64,000 bases of DNA from assembly GCA_041648915.1 (NCBI GenBank), contig JBAZOC010000001.1:10801-74800 (forward strand). The letters run 5' to 3'. Both the position numbers and the translations under genes were made by a program. Below the pieces are notes generated by a model. The model ran no database searches. It was given only the letters and a program-made list of their open reading frames with translations, and was not told where the DNA came from. Positions 47,834-58,650 of the stretch are shown here, in pieces; position 1 is the stretch's first letter; each line of letters opens with the position of its first letter. This DNA comes from Candidatus Omnitrophota bacterium (GTDB lineage: Bacteria > Omnitrophota > Gorgyraeia > Gygaellales > Profunditerraquicolaceae).

Positions 47834-48580
47834 ATGTCTGGTCATTCTAAATGGAAGACGAATAAAGGAAAAAAGATGGCGGCGGACGCCAAAAAGGGAG
47901 CGACCTATACTAAGATAATTAAGGAGATTACAGTTATTGCCCGTGAGGGCGGCGGAAATCCGGACAGCAACCCGCGTCTGAGAGCGGTCATGATGAAGGC
48001 GAAAGAAGCAAATATGCCTTCAGATAACGTGAAGATGGCGATTAAGCGCGGCACAGGCGAATTACCGGGCGTAGTCTACGAGACCTGCATGTATGAGGCC
48101 TATGGCTCCGGTGGGGTAGCCATGATGATTGAAGTGCTCACGGATAATAAAAACCGTACGAGCGCCGAAATTCGTAATATCATGTCTAAGAAAGGCGGGA
48201 GTTTTGCCGGGGCCGGCTCAGTGAGCTGGATGTTCACGATGAAGGGTTATTTCCTGATTGAGAAGTCCCAGGCTAAAGAAGACGAGCTGATGAATATTGT
48301 CTTGGATGCGGGAGCCGAGGATATGAAGTCGGATGAGAAAAATTATGAAGTGTTTTGCCCTCCGCAAAATTTTGAAAAGGTAAAACAGGCCCTTGAGGCC
48401 AAAGGTATTAAAACCCAGGATGCCGAAGTCACCATGATCCCTTCTTCTACGGTTAAATTGACCGGCAACGATGCTAAGCAGTTATTATCTTTGATCGATA
48501 CCCTGGAAGAACATGATGACGTAGAGCATGTCTACGCCAACTTTGATATACCGGATGAAGTAATGGAGAGTATGGCCTAA
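47834..48580 (+). CDS. yebC: YebC/PmpR-family transcriptional regulator
   Basis: The start is trimmed to the ATG at 47834 (MSGHSKWKT, the canonical YebC start), with an AAGGAGG RBS at 47821-47827. The ORF-track extension from 47744 runs into rnpB. Confidence 0.9.
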   Translation: MSGHSKWKTNKGKKMAADAKKGATYTKIIKEITVIAREGGGNPDSNPRLRAVMMKAKEANMPSDNVKMAIKRGTGELPGVVYETCMYEAYGSGGVAMMIEVLTDNKNRTSAEIRNIMSKKGGSFAGAGSVSWMFTMKGYFLIEKSQAKEDELMNIVLDAGAEDMKSDEKNYEVFCPPQNFEKVKQALEAKGIKTQDAEVTMIPSSTVKLTGNDAKQLLSLIDTLEEHDDVEHVYANFDIPDEVMESMA

Positions 48581-48591
48581 AGAAGAATAAA

Positions 48592-49074
48592 ATGCAGATA
48601 CTGGGGATTGACCCGGCTTTGACCATTACCGGATACGGATTAATTCAGGCCCGGGGCAATAAGCTGTCTCTGGTCGAGGCAGGAATAATTTCTACTTCCG
48701 CCAAGGAAATAATCACGCGGCGCCTGGATAAGCTATACCATTGTATTGTAAAATTAATATCCGAGACCTCTCCTGATGTTTTGGTCTTGGAGAAGATCTA
48801 CGCGCATTACCGCCATCCTGCTACGTCTTATATCTTAGGCCAGGCGCGCGGAGTGATCTGTTTGGCCTGTGCTACAAAAAATATACCTTTAGCAGAATAT
48901 GCGGCTACGCGGGTCAAGAAGGCAGTGGTGGGAAAGGGTTTGGCCTCCAAGGCGCAAGTGCAGAGGATGGTGGCAGGGTTGTTAGGTTTAAACAGTTTAC
49001 CCAAGTATATGGATATTACGGATGCTTTAGCTTTAGCTATTACCCATAGCTATATGGTGAGGCCAAAAGGATGA
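48592..49074 (+). CDS. ruvC: crossover junction endodeoxyribonuclease RuvC
   Basis: 160 aa with ILGIDPALTITGYG and a C-terminal DITDALALAITH. Confidence 0.92.
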   Translation: MQILGIDPALTITGYGLIQARGNKLSLVEAGIISTSAKEIITRRLDKLYHCIVKLISETSPDVLVLEKIYAHYRHPATSYILGQARGVICLACATKNIPLAEYAATRVKKAVVGKGLASKAQVQRMVAGLLGLNSLPKYMDITDALALAITHSYMVRPKG

Positions 49075-49697
49075 TTTCCAGGATATCGGGAAAGATAATT
49101 GAAAAAGGAAATAATTATCTAGTGGTGGAGACCAACGGACTGGCTTACCAGGTTTTTGTCCCGACTACCGTAATGCAGCGCATAGGTGAATCTTTGGCAG
49201 CCGACGGTTCAATCTGCTTGCAGACTTTTCACTACCTCCAGTCTGATGCGAATAAGAGTATCCCTGTTTTAATCGGCTTCCTGAACGATATAGAAAAAGA
49301 TTTCTTTGAAATTTTTATTACTGTTTCAGGCATAGGCCCGCGCGCGGCGCTTAAGGCGCTGAATAAGCCGATATCTGAAATTGCCCGGGCAATAGATGAA
49401 GAGGATCTAGTTTTTTTAAAAGCGCTTCCCGGCATAGGCGAACAGAGGGCGAAAGAAATCATCGCCAAGCTTCAGAATAAAATCGGCAGGTTCGGCCTGA
49501 TCCAGGACCGTAAGGTAAAAGAAACCTCGGTTAAGGCCAAAGATATCAGCGAAGAGGCCTTAGCCGTCCTTTTACAGCTAGAATATAAACGGTCGGAAGC
49601 TTTGCAGATGATTAAAAAATCCCTGGAGGCCTCCGCTGACATTAATACAACCGAGGAGCTTTTAAATCGGGTTTATAAACAGAGAAAATCGAGATGA
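49071..49697 (+). CDS. ruvA: Holliday junction helicase subunit RuvA
   Basis: 208 aa. Has MISRISGKI, HhH motifs SGIGPRAAL and LPGIGEQRA. Confidence 0.9.
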   Translation: MISRISGKIIEKGNNYLVVETNGLAYQVFVPTTVMQRIGESLAADGSICLQTFHYLQSDANKSIPVLIGFLNDIEKDFFEIFITVSGIGPRAALKALNKPISEIARAIDEEDLVFLKALPGIGEQRAKEIIAKLQNKIGRFGLIQDRKVKETSVKAKDISEEALAVLLQLEYKRSEALQMIKKSLEASADINTTEELLNRVYKQRKSR

Positions 49698-50314
49698 ATA
49701 CGCAGGATAACCGCAAGTCCGTCATTGAGGCTTTGTTGCTGGCGAGCGAGAAGCCCTTACCTTTAGAGCAAATAAGGGTTGTTTTGGATAATCTGGATGC
49801 GCTTGAGGCGCGCCGCTTAATCGCAGAGTTAAAACTTGAATATGAAGAGGCTAACCGCGGTATACGCATTGCCGAAATAGCCGGCGGTTTTCAGATGATC
49901 ACCGCGGCTTCCTTCGCGCCTTTCTTGAGAAAATTATTCAAAGACCGTAACGCCGAAAAAATATCCAAGCCGGCTTTAGAGACACTGGCGATTATCGCTT
50001 ATAAGCAGCCCTTGACCAGGGTAGAAATAGAATTATTGAGAAATGTCAATGTTGACGGAGTAATCAAGAGTTTATTGGATAAGGACCTTATTCGTATCGC
50101 AGGAAGAAAAAAAGCCCCTGGAAGGCCATGCGTCTATGGCACGACCAGGAGGTTCCTGGAGCATTTCGGGTTGAAGTCATTGGAGGAGCTGCCTAAAATA
50201 GAAGAATTTTCGGCGTTGGCCGAAAAAAAAGACCTCGTTGATATTGCCTTAGAGGGAGAAAAGAAAGCGGAGGCTTTAGATGAACCTCAAAAACTTACGC
50301 AGGAAAATAGATAG
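49694..50314 (+). CDS. scpB: segregation and condensation protein B
   Basis: 206 aa with IEALLLASEKPL, LETLAIIAYKQPLTRVEIE, GRPCVYGTT and FLEHFGL. Confidence 0.88.
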   Translation: MNTQDNRKSVIEALLLASEKPLPLEQIRVVLDNLDALEARRLIAELKLEYEEANRGIRIAEIAGGFQMITAASFAPFLRKLFKDRNAEKISKPALETLAIIAYKQPLTRVEIELLRNVNVDGVIKSLLDKDLIRIAGRKKAPGRPCVYGTTRRFLEHFGLKSLEELPKIEEFSALAEKKDLVDIALEGEKKAEALDEPQKLTQENR

Positions 50315-51335
50315 TTTAGATAAAAAGATAATCCAGCTTTTGAATGCCCGCGCCAAAATTACACTGGATATCGCCGGCGTGAAGTCCAAAAGTGGCCGGA
50401 GTATTTATGTGCCTGAACGCGAAAAAGAAGTCTTAAGGAAGGCAGCTTTTTTAAGCAGGGGGCCGTTGGCCATAAAAGCCCTGGAAGCGATATACCGCGA
50501 AATCATGTCTTCCAGCCTGGCCCTGGAAAAACCTTTGAAGATAGCCTACATGGGCCCGGAGGCATCTTTTAGTAATTTGGCGGCTTTAAAGAGATTTGGC
50601 TCGCAGGTAAGTTATGTAGCTTGCGCAAGCATCGCGGAAGTATTTTCAGATGTCGAGAGGGAAGCCAGCGATTACGGAGTTGTCCCGGTGGAGAATTCTA
50701 TCGAAGGGGCAGTGACACATACTTTGGATATGCTGGTAGATGCAGACCTGAAGATCTGTTCGCAGATAATTCTGGATGTAGCGCACAACCTGCTAGCCAA
50801 ATCCGCCAAGGATAAAATCAGGCGGGTATATTCTAACCCGCAGGTCCTGGCGCAATGCCGTATATGGCTGCAGGAAAATTTACCTAAGGCCGAGCAGATT
50901 GAAGTCTCCAGTACTACGGCCGCAGCCAGGATAGTCGCAAAAGAAAGAAATAGCGCAGCCATAGCTTCATTATTAGCGGGTAAAGTTTATAAGCTAAAGG
51001 TAATGGCCCGCGATATTGAAGATTCACCGCACAATATTACCCGTTTTTTTGTTATTGGCAAAACCGATGCGGGTAAGACCGGGAGGGACCGGACAGCTAT
51101 CCTTTTCTCCATTAAGGACAAGGTAGGGGCGCTTCACGATATGCTGCTTCCTTTTAAGAAATATAAGATTAACCTGACCAAGATTGAGTCCCGGCCATCG
51201 AAAAGAAAAGCCTGGGATTATTATTTCTTCGTGGATTTAGTTGGTCACCAGCAGGACAGGCGGATTCAAAAAGCGCTGCGGGAGTTAGAGAGCAAGTGTA
51301 AATTCTTGAAGATATTAGGGTCATATCCTATTTAA
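50280..51335 (+). CDS. pheA: bifunctional chorismate mutase / prephenate dehydratase
   Basis: 351 aa. Has an N-terminal CM helix (LRRKIDSLDKKIIQLLNARAKI), a PDT domain, and an ACT domain with TKIESRPS. Confidence 0.9.
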   Translation: MNLKNLRRKIDSLDKKIIQLLNARAKITLDIAGVKSKSGRSIYVPEREKEVLRKAAFLSRGPLAIKALEAIYREIMSSSLALEKPLKIAYMGPEASFSNLAALKRFGSQVSYVACASIAEVFSDVEREASDYGVVPVENSIEGAVTHTLDMLVDADLKICSQIILDVAHNLLAKSAKDKIRRVYSNPQVLAQCRIWLQENLPKAEQIEVSSTTAAARIVAKERNSAAIASLLAGKVYKLKVMARDIEDSPHNITRFFVIGKTDAGKTGRDRTAILFSIKDKVGALHDMLLPFKKYKINLTKIESRPSKRKAWDYYFFVDLVGHQQDRRIQKALRELESKCKFLKILGSYPI

Positions 51336-51349
51336 GGAGGCGGCAATAA

Positions 51350-52450
51350 ATGCGCGAGTTAGTCCGTAAAAATATATTAGGGGTTACTGCTTATACCGCC
51401 GGTAAGCCTATTGAGGAAACTAAAAGGCAACTGGGTTTAAGGGATGTTATCAAGCTGGCCTCAAATGAGAATCCGTTCGGGGCTTCCCCCAAGGCAGTCA
51501 AGGCCATACGCAAGGAAGCCTCCGGCATAAACCGTTATCCGGATTCCCAGAGTTTTTATTTAAAAAAGAAGCTGGCCAAATTATTAAGCCTTACGCCGGC
51601 TAACTTTGTTTTAGGTAACGGTTCCGACGAGCTGATTGACGTAATTATTAAGACGTTCGTTGAGGACGATGAAAATATTATAACCTCCGAGACTACTTTT
51701 CTGGAGTACGGAATTGTCGCTGCGGTGAATAACCGCCAGGTAAAACGCGTTCCTTTGCGTTATTTTAAATATGATCTGGAATCGATCAAAAGAAAGATTG
51801 ACCGAAAAACCAAGTTGATCTTTATCGCTAATCCCAATAACCCCACCGGCACCTATGTGACCAGGTTCGAGCTGGATGATTTTATCCAAGATTTACCGGA
51901 TAATATATTGTTAGTTATGGATCAGGCGTATGATGTTTTCATTGACGTAGACGATTTCCCCCGGGCCCAGGATTATTTTAAGCATAAAAATATGATTATA
52001 CTGAATACTTTTTCCAAGGCCTATGGCCTGGCGGGTTTGAGGTTAGGGTATGCTATCGCGGATGCCGAATTAGTAAGTTATCTGGAAAGGGTGAGGCAGC
52101 CTTTTAATATTAACTCCCTCGCCCAGACAGGGGCATTGGCTGCGCTGGAGGATAAGGAATTTTTACGTAAGACTAGGTCTATGGTGCTGGAAGGCAAGAA
52201 TTATCTTTACGATAACCTTAAAAAACTGGGCCTGGCCTATGTTCCGAGTGTCGCTAATTTCCTTCTGGTGGATGTGGGGAGGGAGAGTTTTGAATTTTTT
52301 TCTAAGATGTTGAAATTCGGGGTGATTGTACGCGATATGAAACAATATGGTTTAAAAAATTTCATCCGCGTAAGTATCGGGACAAAAAAAGAAAATGAAA
52401 GATTTATCAGGGTATTGAAAAAAATCCTCAAGGGGAAGGAGAAAGCATGA
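51350..52450 (+). CDS. hisC: histidinol-phosphate / aromatic aminotransferase
   Basis: 366 aa. Has LASNENPFG and the PLP-lysine context [14 protein letters not shown]. Confidence 0.88.
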   Translation: MRELVRKNILGVTAYTAGKPIEETKRQLGLRDVIKLASNENPFGASPKAVKAIRKEASGINRYPDSQSFYLKKKLAKLLSLTPANFVLGNGSDELIDVIIKTFVEDDENIITSETTFLEYGIVAAVNNRQVKRVPLRYFKYDLESIKRKIDRKTKLIFIANPNNPTGTYVTRFELDDFIQDLPDNILLVMDQAYDVFIDVDDFPRAQDYFKHKNMIILNTFSKAYGLAGLRLGYAIADAELVSYLERVRQPFNINSLAQTGALAALEDKEFLRKTRSMVLEGKNYLYDNLKKLGLAYVPSVANFLLVDVGRESFEFFSKMLKFGVIVRDMKQYGLKNFIRVSIGTKKENERFIRVLKKILKGKEKA

Positions 52451-53463
52451 TTATTGTTTTAAGGCCGGACGCCACAGACGGGCAAATAGACCATATAATT
52501 GAGAAAGTAAAAAAATTAGGCTTAACCCCGCATGTCTCTAAAGGTACCGAGCGCACGATTATCGGAGTGATCGGCCCGGAAGATGTATTGCGGGTTACCC
52601 CCGTAGAAGTATTTCCCGGAGTAGAAAAGGTCATTCCGGTCCTGGCCCCTTACCGGCTTGTTTCGCGGGAGTTTCAAGCTGCAGATTCGGTTATTGACTT
52701 AGGCAAAGGGGTAAAAATAGGCGGGAAAAAAATAGCAGTTGCCGCCGGCCCTTGCGCGATTGAGGATAGCGATACCTTACGTAAGATTGCCGTGAGCGCC
52801 AAGAAGGCAGGAGCAACGGTTTTACGCGGGGGTGCGTTTAAGCCGCGCACTTCGCCTTACAGTTTTCAGGGCTTAGGCGAAGAAGGGCTTAAGGTATTAA
52901 AGCAGATAGGCACGGAGCTCAATCTCGTAACCGTAAGTGAAGTAATGGATACCCGGGATGTGGGCCTGGTTGCTGGTTACGTGGATGTTCTGCAGATTGG
53001 CGCGCGGAATATGCAAAATTTCAACCTCTTGAAAGAAGTAGGCCTGGCTAAGAAGCCGGTATTGTTAAAAAGGGGCTTATGCTCAACGGTAAAAGAGATG
53101 CTTATGTCTGCCGAGTATATATTATCCGGAGGAAATTTTAATGTCATACTCTGCGAGCGCGGCATAAGGACATTTGAAGATTCTACCCGGAATACCCTGG
53201 ACATAAGCGCGGTGCCGGTAGTTAAACAACTTTCGCACCTGCCGATCATAGTGGATCCGTCGCACGCTGCGGGCAAATGGGGGCTGGTCGGGCCGCTCTC
53301 TAGAGCAGCGGTTGCTGTCGGCTCAGACGGCCTGATTATTGAGGTGCATAGTGCGCCTGAGGAGGCCATGTCTGACGGCGCCCAATCCTTGCTCCCTGCG
53401 AATTTCGCGAGTCTGATGCAGGAGTTAAAAATTTTAGCTAAGTCTATAGGAAGAGAGATTTAA
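52447..53463 (+). CDS. aroF: 3-deoxy-7-phosphoheptulonate (DAHP) synthase, type I-beta with N-terminal regulatory domain
   Basis: 338 aa. Has an N-terminal ferredoxin-like segment, then [18 protein letters not shown] and DPSHA. Confidence 0.88.
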   Translation: MIIVLRPDATDGQIDHIIEKVKKLGLTPHVSKGTERTIIGVIGPEDVLRVTPVEVFPGVEKVIPVLAPYRLVSREFQAADSVIDLGKGVKIGGKKIAVAAGPCAIEDSDTLRKIAVSAKKAGATVLRGGAFKPRTSPYSFQGLGEEGLKVLKQIGTELNLVTVSEVMDTRDVGLVAGYVDVLQIGARNMQNFNLLKEVGLAKKPVLLKRGLCSTVKEMLMSAEYILSGGNFNVILCERGIRTFEDSTRNTLDISAVPVVKQLSHLPIIVDPSHAAGKWGLVGPLSRAAVAVGSDGLIIEVHSAPEEAMSDGAQSLLPANFASLMQELKILAKSIGREI

Positions 53464-54293
53464 TGCCTTTATTCAATAAAGTTGCGGTTATCGGGACAGG
53501 TTTAATCGGCGGTTCGCTGGCCCTGGTTATCCAAAAGGAGAAGCTGGCTAAAGAAATTGTCGGAGTGGCCCGGCACCAAGCAAGCCTGGATTTAGCGGCA
53601 AGGAATAAGGTCATTAACCGGGGTGCGCTTGCGCTTGATATTATTAAGGGCGCGGATCTTTTGATTTTAGCTGCTCCGGTTGATAAAATCATCAGCTTAA
53701 GAAAGAAGATCCTTAAATACGTAGGCAGGAATTGCATCGTTACGGACGTCGGAAGCACTAAAGAAAAAATAGTTTCTCTTTTAGGCAGGTCCTTCCCGTA
53801 TTACCTGGGCAGCCACCCTTTAGCCGGTTCAGAAAAGCGGGGCGTCAGCTCCGCGCAGGCCGGAATTTTTAAAGGCACTTTGTGCATCTTAACCCCTACT
53901 TTAAAGACGCCGGGAGTGGCAATGAAAAAAATTAAGGCATTATGGAAAAAAGCAGGAGCAAAAGTTATCTGTTTATCCCCCAAGGAACACGACCGGATAC
54001 TCTCTTTTACCAGCCATCTTCCGCACGCCGTTGCTTTTTCGCTCATTAACGCTATCCCCGGAGATAGTTTAAAGTTTTCTGCCAGCGGCCTCAAAGATAC
54101 CACGCGTATAGCTGCTTCCGATGCCTTACTCTGGCAGGGCATTTTTCTAACCAACCGGAAGAATCTGCTTAAGGCCATAGCTGCTTTTGAAAAAAAGTTA
54201 TTGAAAATAAAATCCGCAATCAGCAGGAATGATAAAAAGGCACTTAGGGGTATTTTAGCCTGCGCGCGAAAGAAGAGAAACAGTTTAGAATGA
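53463..54293 (+). CDS. tyrA: prephenate dehydrogenase
   Basis: 276 aa. Has IGTGLIGGSLAL, DVGSTK, SHPLAGSE and SHLPH. Confidence 0.85.
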   Translation: MPLFNKVAVIGTGLIGGSLALVIQKEKLAKEIVGVARHQASLDLAARNKVINRGALALDIIKGADLLILAAPVDKIISLRKKILKYVGRNCIVTDVGSTKEKIVSLLGRSFPYYLGSHPLAGSEKRGVSSAQAGIFKGTLCILTPTLKTPGVAMKKIKALWKKAGAKVICLSPKEHDRILSFTSHLPHAVAFSLINAIPGDSLKFSASGLKDTTRIAASDALLWQGIFLTNRKNLLKAIAAFEKKLLKIKSAISRNDKKALRGILACARKKRNSLE

Positions 54294-54946
54294 TTATTGC
54301 TATAGACGGTCCCGCAGGTGCAGGGAAAAGCACAGTCGCCAGACTGGTCGCCCAATCGCTCAATTTCCTTTATATCGATACCGGTGCTATGTACCGGGCA
54401 CTGACCCTGAAGGCCCTGGAAGAGAGGGTAGATATAAAGGATTCCCAAAAGGTAACCGAGCTTGCTTCTCATACCGAGATCAGTTTATTTAATGACCCGC
54501 AGGCTCCGCTGAAGGTGTTATTGGACGGACGCGACGTAACAAATGCAATCCGCCAGCCGCGCATTACGAGCTTTGTTTCGGAAATAGCCAAAATCAAAGA
54601 GGTGCGTAAAATAATGGTTGAACTGCAAAGAAAGCTGGGAAACGAGGGTAATGCCGTGCTGGACGGCCGCGATATCGGCACAGTGGTTTTCCCGGAAGCA
54701 GAAAAAAAGTTTTATATTGATGCGGATTTTAAAGAACGGGTAAACCGCAGGCATAAAGAAGCGCAGGGCTTGGGCCAGGAATTAACCTTAGAGGATGTAG
54801 CTGCGGATTTAGCCAACCGTGACAGGATAGATTCCGGACGCGTAGTCGCGCCGCTTAAGCAAGCCGAAGATGCTGTTTATGTGGATACGACAAAACTTAG
54901 CATTGAAGAAGTAGTTAATAAGGTCTTAGGTTTTATCCATGGATAA
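54290..54946 (+). CDS. cmk: cytidylate kinase
   Basis: 218 aa with IAIDGPAGAGKST and YIDTGAMYRA. Confidence 0.93.
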   Translation: MIIAIDGPAGAGKSTVARLVAQSLNFLYIDTGAMYRALTLKALEERVDIKDSQKVTELASHTEISLFNDPQAPLKVLLDGRDVTNAIRQPRITSFVSEIAKIKEVRKIMVELQRKLGNEGNAVLDGRDIGTVVFPEAEKKFYIDADFKERVNRRHKEAQGLGQELTLEDVAADLANRDRIDSGRVVAPLKQAEDAVYVDTTKLSIEEVVNKVLGFIHG

Positions 54947-56735
54947 AGCGCTTATTCGTAACTTCAGTATCATCGCCCACATAGATCACGGTAAATCTAC
55001 CCTGGCCGACCGTATTCTGGAATTAACCGGGGCGGTAGATAAGAGGCATAAAGGTACCCAGCTCCTGGATGATATGGATTTGGAGCGTGAGCGCGGAATT
55101 ACTATCAAGGCCTCCATGGTCAGGTTATTATACCGGGCGCATGACGCTAAAGATTATGTTTTAAATTTAATTGATACGCCCGGCCATGTGGATTTTACCT
55201 ATGAGGTTTCTAAATCCCTGGCTGCCTGTGAAGGGGCCGTGCTGGTAATAGATGCCAGCCAGGGGATCGAGGCCCAGACCGTAGCTAATTATTATCTGGC
55301 CCTGGAAAGCAACCTGGAGATCATTCCCGTTATTAATAAGATAGACCTTGTTGCCATAGATTTACCCAGAGTTAAAAAACAGATTAGCAGTGTTTTAGGC
55401 TATAAAGAAGAAGATATAATCTTGGCTTCGGCTAAAGACGGCAGCGGTATTGAAGCTATCCTGGAAAGGATAATCCAGGTAGTCCCGGCGCCCCAAGGCG
55501 CAGAGAACCATCCCTTAAAGGCCCTGGTTTTTGATTGCCGTTTTGACGCTTATAAAGGCGTGGTAGTTTTTGTCCGGATTACCGACGGAAATATTACAGC
55601 GCAAACGCAGCTTAAGATGATGCATTCAGGAGAGGTTTATAAAATTGAAGAACTGGGAGTCTTCCAAAATCTAAAATACTCGGCGGTAGATTCTTTGTCC
55701 TGCGGTGAAGTAGGTTATTTTACGGCGAATATCCGCGAGGCCAGGGAGATTATTATCGGCGATACGATAACCGATGTTAAAAACCCGTGTGCGGATGTCT
55801 TTCCGGGTTACCGCAGGCCTAAGCCGCTGGTCTTCTGCGGTATATACCCGGTTAATCCGGGCGATTTTCCGGAACTGCGCGACGCTATGGATAAATTAAA
55901 ATTATCCGATGCCTCCTTTGTCTTTGAGCCGGAAAATTCACAGTCTTTTGGTTCGGGTTTTCGCTGCGGTTTCCTGGGCCTTTTGCATATGGAGATTGTC
56001 CAGGAGCGCCTGGAGAGAGAGTATGATTTAAATTTAATCCTGACTGTTCCGAACGTAGTCTACCGGGTAATAAAAAATAGCGGAGAAATATTGGAAGTGG
56101 ATACGCCGGCCAAGTTACCTGCGGAGCAGGAAATCCGCCAGGCGCAGGAACCCTATGCCAGCTTGTTGATGATTATCCCCGTAGAATCAATAGAAGGAGT
56201 TTGTGATTTTACCAAGTCCAGGAGAGGGATCTTTCAGTCAAACGAGTACTTAAGCGAGGACCGGGTTAAGCTGACTTTTAGTATCCCGCTTTCCGAGATT
56301 ATCGTGGATTTTTATGACCGGATGAAATCCTTGACCAGGGGGTATGGGTCATTGGACTATGAGTTTAAAGATTACCTGCCTACAAAGCTGGTGAAATTAG
56401 ATATACTTTTAAACGGACAGATTTGCGATGCTTTTTCATCCCTGATGTGTAAGGATAGAGCATATTCGCGCGCTCAGGCTTTGTGCAATAAGCTTAAAGA
56501 GCTCATCCCGCGCCAATTATTTGAAGTTTCAATACAGGCGGCTGTGGGTAGCCAGATTTTAGCCGCGCAGAAGATCCGCTCGGTCGGTAAGCACGTTACG
56601 GCCAAGTGTTACGGCGGGGATATTACCCGTAAGCGCAAGCTTTGGGAAGAGCAGAAAAAAGGCAAGAAGCGCCTTAAACAATTCGGGAAAGTAGAAATTC
56701 CCCAGGAAGCATTTTTGGAGGTATTAAAGATATGA
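54939..56735 (+). CDS. lepA: translation elongation factor 4 (LepA)
   Basis: 598 aa. Has IRNFSIIAHIDHGKSTL, DTPGHVDF, NKID, and the LepA C-terminal domain. Confidence 0.97.
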   Translation: MDKALIRNFSIIAHIDHGKSTLADRILELTGAVDKRHKGTQLLDDMDLERERGITIKASMVRLLYRAHDAKDYVLNLIDTPGHVDFTYEVSKSLAACEGAVLVIDASQGIEAQTVANYYLALESNLEIIPVINKIDLVAIDLPRVKKQISSVLGYKEEDIILASAKDGSGIEAILERIIQVVPAPQGAENHPLKALVFDCRFDAYKGVVVFVRITDGNITAQTQLKMMHSGEVYKIEELGVFQNLKYSAVDSLSCGEVGYFTANIREAREIIIGDTITDVKNPCADVFPGYRRPKPLVFCGIYPVNPGDFPELRDAMDKLKLSDASFVFEPENSQSFGSGFRCGFLGLLHMEIVQERLEREYDLNLILTVPNVVYRVIKNSGEILEVDTPAKLPAEQEIRQAQEPYASLLMIIPVESIEGVCDFTKSRRGIFQSNEYLSEDRVKLTFSIPLSEIIVDFYDRMKSLTRGYGSLDYEFKDYLPTKLVKLDILLNGQICDAFSSLMCKDRAYSRAQALCNKLKELIPRQLFEVSIQAAVGSQILAAQKIRSVGKHVTAKCYGGDITRKRKLWEEQKKGKKRLKQFGKVEIPQEAFLEVLKI

Positions 56736-57310
56736 CGAAAAAAAAGAAATCGGCCTTACGCGAATGGATAGAGGCAGCGCTTTTTGCGGCTTTCCTGGCC
56801 TTCTGCGTTATCCGGCCGTTTATTGTGCAGGCTTTTAAAATTCCTACCGGTTCTATGCGCCCTACGCTCCTGGAAGGCGATTTAATCCTGGTGAATAAAT
56901 TTATTTACGGGGCCAAAATACCTTTTACGCATTTAAGGCTGCCGGCGCTAAGGCAGCCGAAAAGAGGGGATGTGATTGTTTTTATATATCCTGAGGATAA
57001 AAATAAAGATTTTATCAAAAGGTTAGTGGCCTTACCGGGAGAAACGGTAGAGATTAAAAGCGGCACGATTTACGTTGACTCCCGGCCTCTCGCGGAACCT
57101 GTTTTTAATAACCGGTATTATTATAACCGGGGAGACTTTGCCCAGGAATATGAAAAGGTCGTCGTGCCGCAAGACAGTTATTTTGTTCTCGGGGATAATT
57201 CCGGCTCTTCCAGGGATAGCCGCTATTGGGGGTTTGTGCCGGCAGACAATATTCTGGGCGAGGCAGTAGTTATCTACTGGCCGCCGCTACGCATAAGAGT
57301 GATTAAATGA
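56732..57310 (+). CDS. lepB: signal peptidase I
   Basis: 192 aa. Has GSMRPTL (catalytic Ser), KRLVALPGE and GDNSGSSRDSRYWG. Confidence 0.9.
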   Translation: MTKKKKSALREWIEAALFAAFLAFCVIRPFIVQAFKIPTGSMRPTLLEGDLILVNKFIYGAKIPFTHLRLPALRQPKRGDVIVFIYPEDKNKDFIKRLVALPGETVEIKSGTIYVDSRPLAEPVFNNRYYYNRGDFAQEYEKVVVPQDSYFVLGDNSGSSRDSRYWGFVPADNILGEAVVIYWPPLRIRVIK

Positions 57311-57870
57311 ATATCGCAAATAAAATCTCGACTTTCAGGATCCTGAGCGTCCCATTTTTTATCGCCGCTTTGGCTTACTATTCGCCGCAGAGAAATTATC
57401 TCAGGTTTGTCGCCTTAGGGATTTTCATTCTCGCGGCTATTTCGGATGCCGCAGACGGTTATATAGCCAGGAAATCAAAGCAGCAGTCCAAAGCCGGGCT
57501 TATCTTGGATCCTTTAGGAGATAAATTACTCTTAATGAGCGCGTTTATCTGCCTATGCGTTAACAGTAACCTGGCTTTAAGGTTTCCGCTCTGGGTCATT
57601 CTTGTCGTGGTCAGCCGCGATGTGATCATAATTTTAGGGGCGGTGGTCGTCTATATCGTAAAGCAAAACATTAATATTATACCTACCTATTGGGGTAAAT
57701 TAACGACCCTTTTCCAGATACTGGCGATTATCTCGGTTTTACTGCAATTAAAATTTTCTCCGTTATTTTGGTGGCTGGCGGTTATCCTTACGGTTATTTC
57801 AGGCGCAGTTTATATAAATAGGGGGTTTATTATACTTTATGCTTTGGACTCTCCTCGGAATAGTCATTAG
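57307..57870 (+). CDS. pgsA: CDP-alcohol phosphatidyltransferase (PgsA-like)
   Basis: 187 aa. Has the motif DAADGYIARKSKQQSKAGLILDPLGDK (DGx2ARx8Gx3Dx3D). Confidence 0.78.
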   Translation: MNIANKISTFRILSVPFFIAALAYYSPQRNYLRFVALGIFILAAISDAADGYIARKSKQQSKAGLILDPLGDKLLLMSAFICLCVNSNLALRFPLWVILVVVSRDVIIILGAVVVYIVKQNINIIPTYWGKLTTLFQILAIISVLLQLKFSPLFWWLAVILTVISGAVYINRGFIILYALDSPRNSH

Positions 57871-58462
57871 TTACTTAGTCGGCTCTATCCCTACGGCCTA
57901 TATTTTCGGCCGGATGATCAAGAAAACCGACATCCGTAAATTCGGCTCTGGCAATGTGGGGGCGACCAATGCCCTTAGGCTTTTAGGCAGGGGCTGGGGG
58001 TTAACTGTTTTGGGGCTGGATATCCTAAAAGGATTCCTGCCGGTAGTAATTTTATCCAGCGCCATAGGGGCCAGTGCTAATGTGCCTCTGGAATCATTCT
58101 GTATCATCCTTGGTTTAAGTTGTATCTGCGGGCATAACTGGACCATCTTTTTGCATTTTAAAGGAGGCAAGGGAGTAGCTACAACTTTAGGAGTTTTAGC
58201 GGGGCTCTCCGTCAAGATAGCCGGTTTAAAAATTATCTTGGGAATAACTATTTTAATCTGGTTAACCGTCTTTATTATCAGCAGGACCATTTCCTTAGCC
58301 TCGGTATTAGCGGCTTTAAGTTTTCCCTTATTAACGGTTTTATTCAGGCAATCTATGGGCTTAATTCTTATAGTGACGCTTTTAGCTGCATTCATCATCT
58401 TCCGCCACAGATCCAACATCAAAAGAATCCTCAGCGGCCAGGAGCCTAAACTAAACTTTTAA
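57839..58462 (+). CDS. plsY: glycerol-3-phosphate acyltransferase PlsY
   Basis: 207 aa with GSGNVGATN and KGGKGVAT. Confidence 0.92.
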   Translation: MLWTLLGIVISYLVGSIPTAYIFGRMIKKTDIRKFGSGNVGATNALRLLGRGWGLTVLGLDILKGFLPVVILSSAIGASANVPLESFCIILGLSCICGHNWTIFLHFKGGKGVATTLGVLAGLSVKIAGLKIILGITILIWLTVFIISRTISLASVLAALSFPLLTVLFRQSMGLILIVTLLAAFIIFRHRSNIKRILSGQEPKLNF

Positions 58463-58570
58463 AAATAAGCGTTTCTTTTGTCCTTTCCCCAAAGACCTCG
58501 CGCAACTAAAAAAACTTAATCAGGGTTGCTCAGGTTAAGAAACCGCTTTCTTTTTTGCCCCCGCTACCCC

Positions 58571-58599
58571 TTGAAAACACCGGGTTTGGCGTTTATACT
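58571..58599 (+). promoter_or_regulatory. sigma70 promoter candidate (TTGAAA-17 nt-TATACT)
   Basis: TTGAAA at 58571-58576 and TATACT at 58594-58599. This predicts a leader of about 100 nt to the ATG at 58704. Confidence 0.5.
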
Positions 58600-58650
58600 T
58601 TCTTAGAAATAGAGAGTATTCTATCCCCACCAGCCACAAGCAGGGGATGA

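Noticed and set aside
58463-58570. Possible small RNA (tmRNA, SRP RNA or 6S RNA) in the gap after plsY.
   Set aside because: No tRNA-like acceptor/T-arm with a CCA end, no SRP domain IV motif, and no 6S-like long bulged helix is present. The AAGCGTTTCTT ... AAGAAACCGCTT inverted repeat followed by a T-run is more simply a loose plsY terminator.
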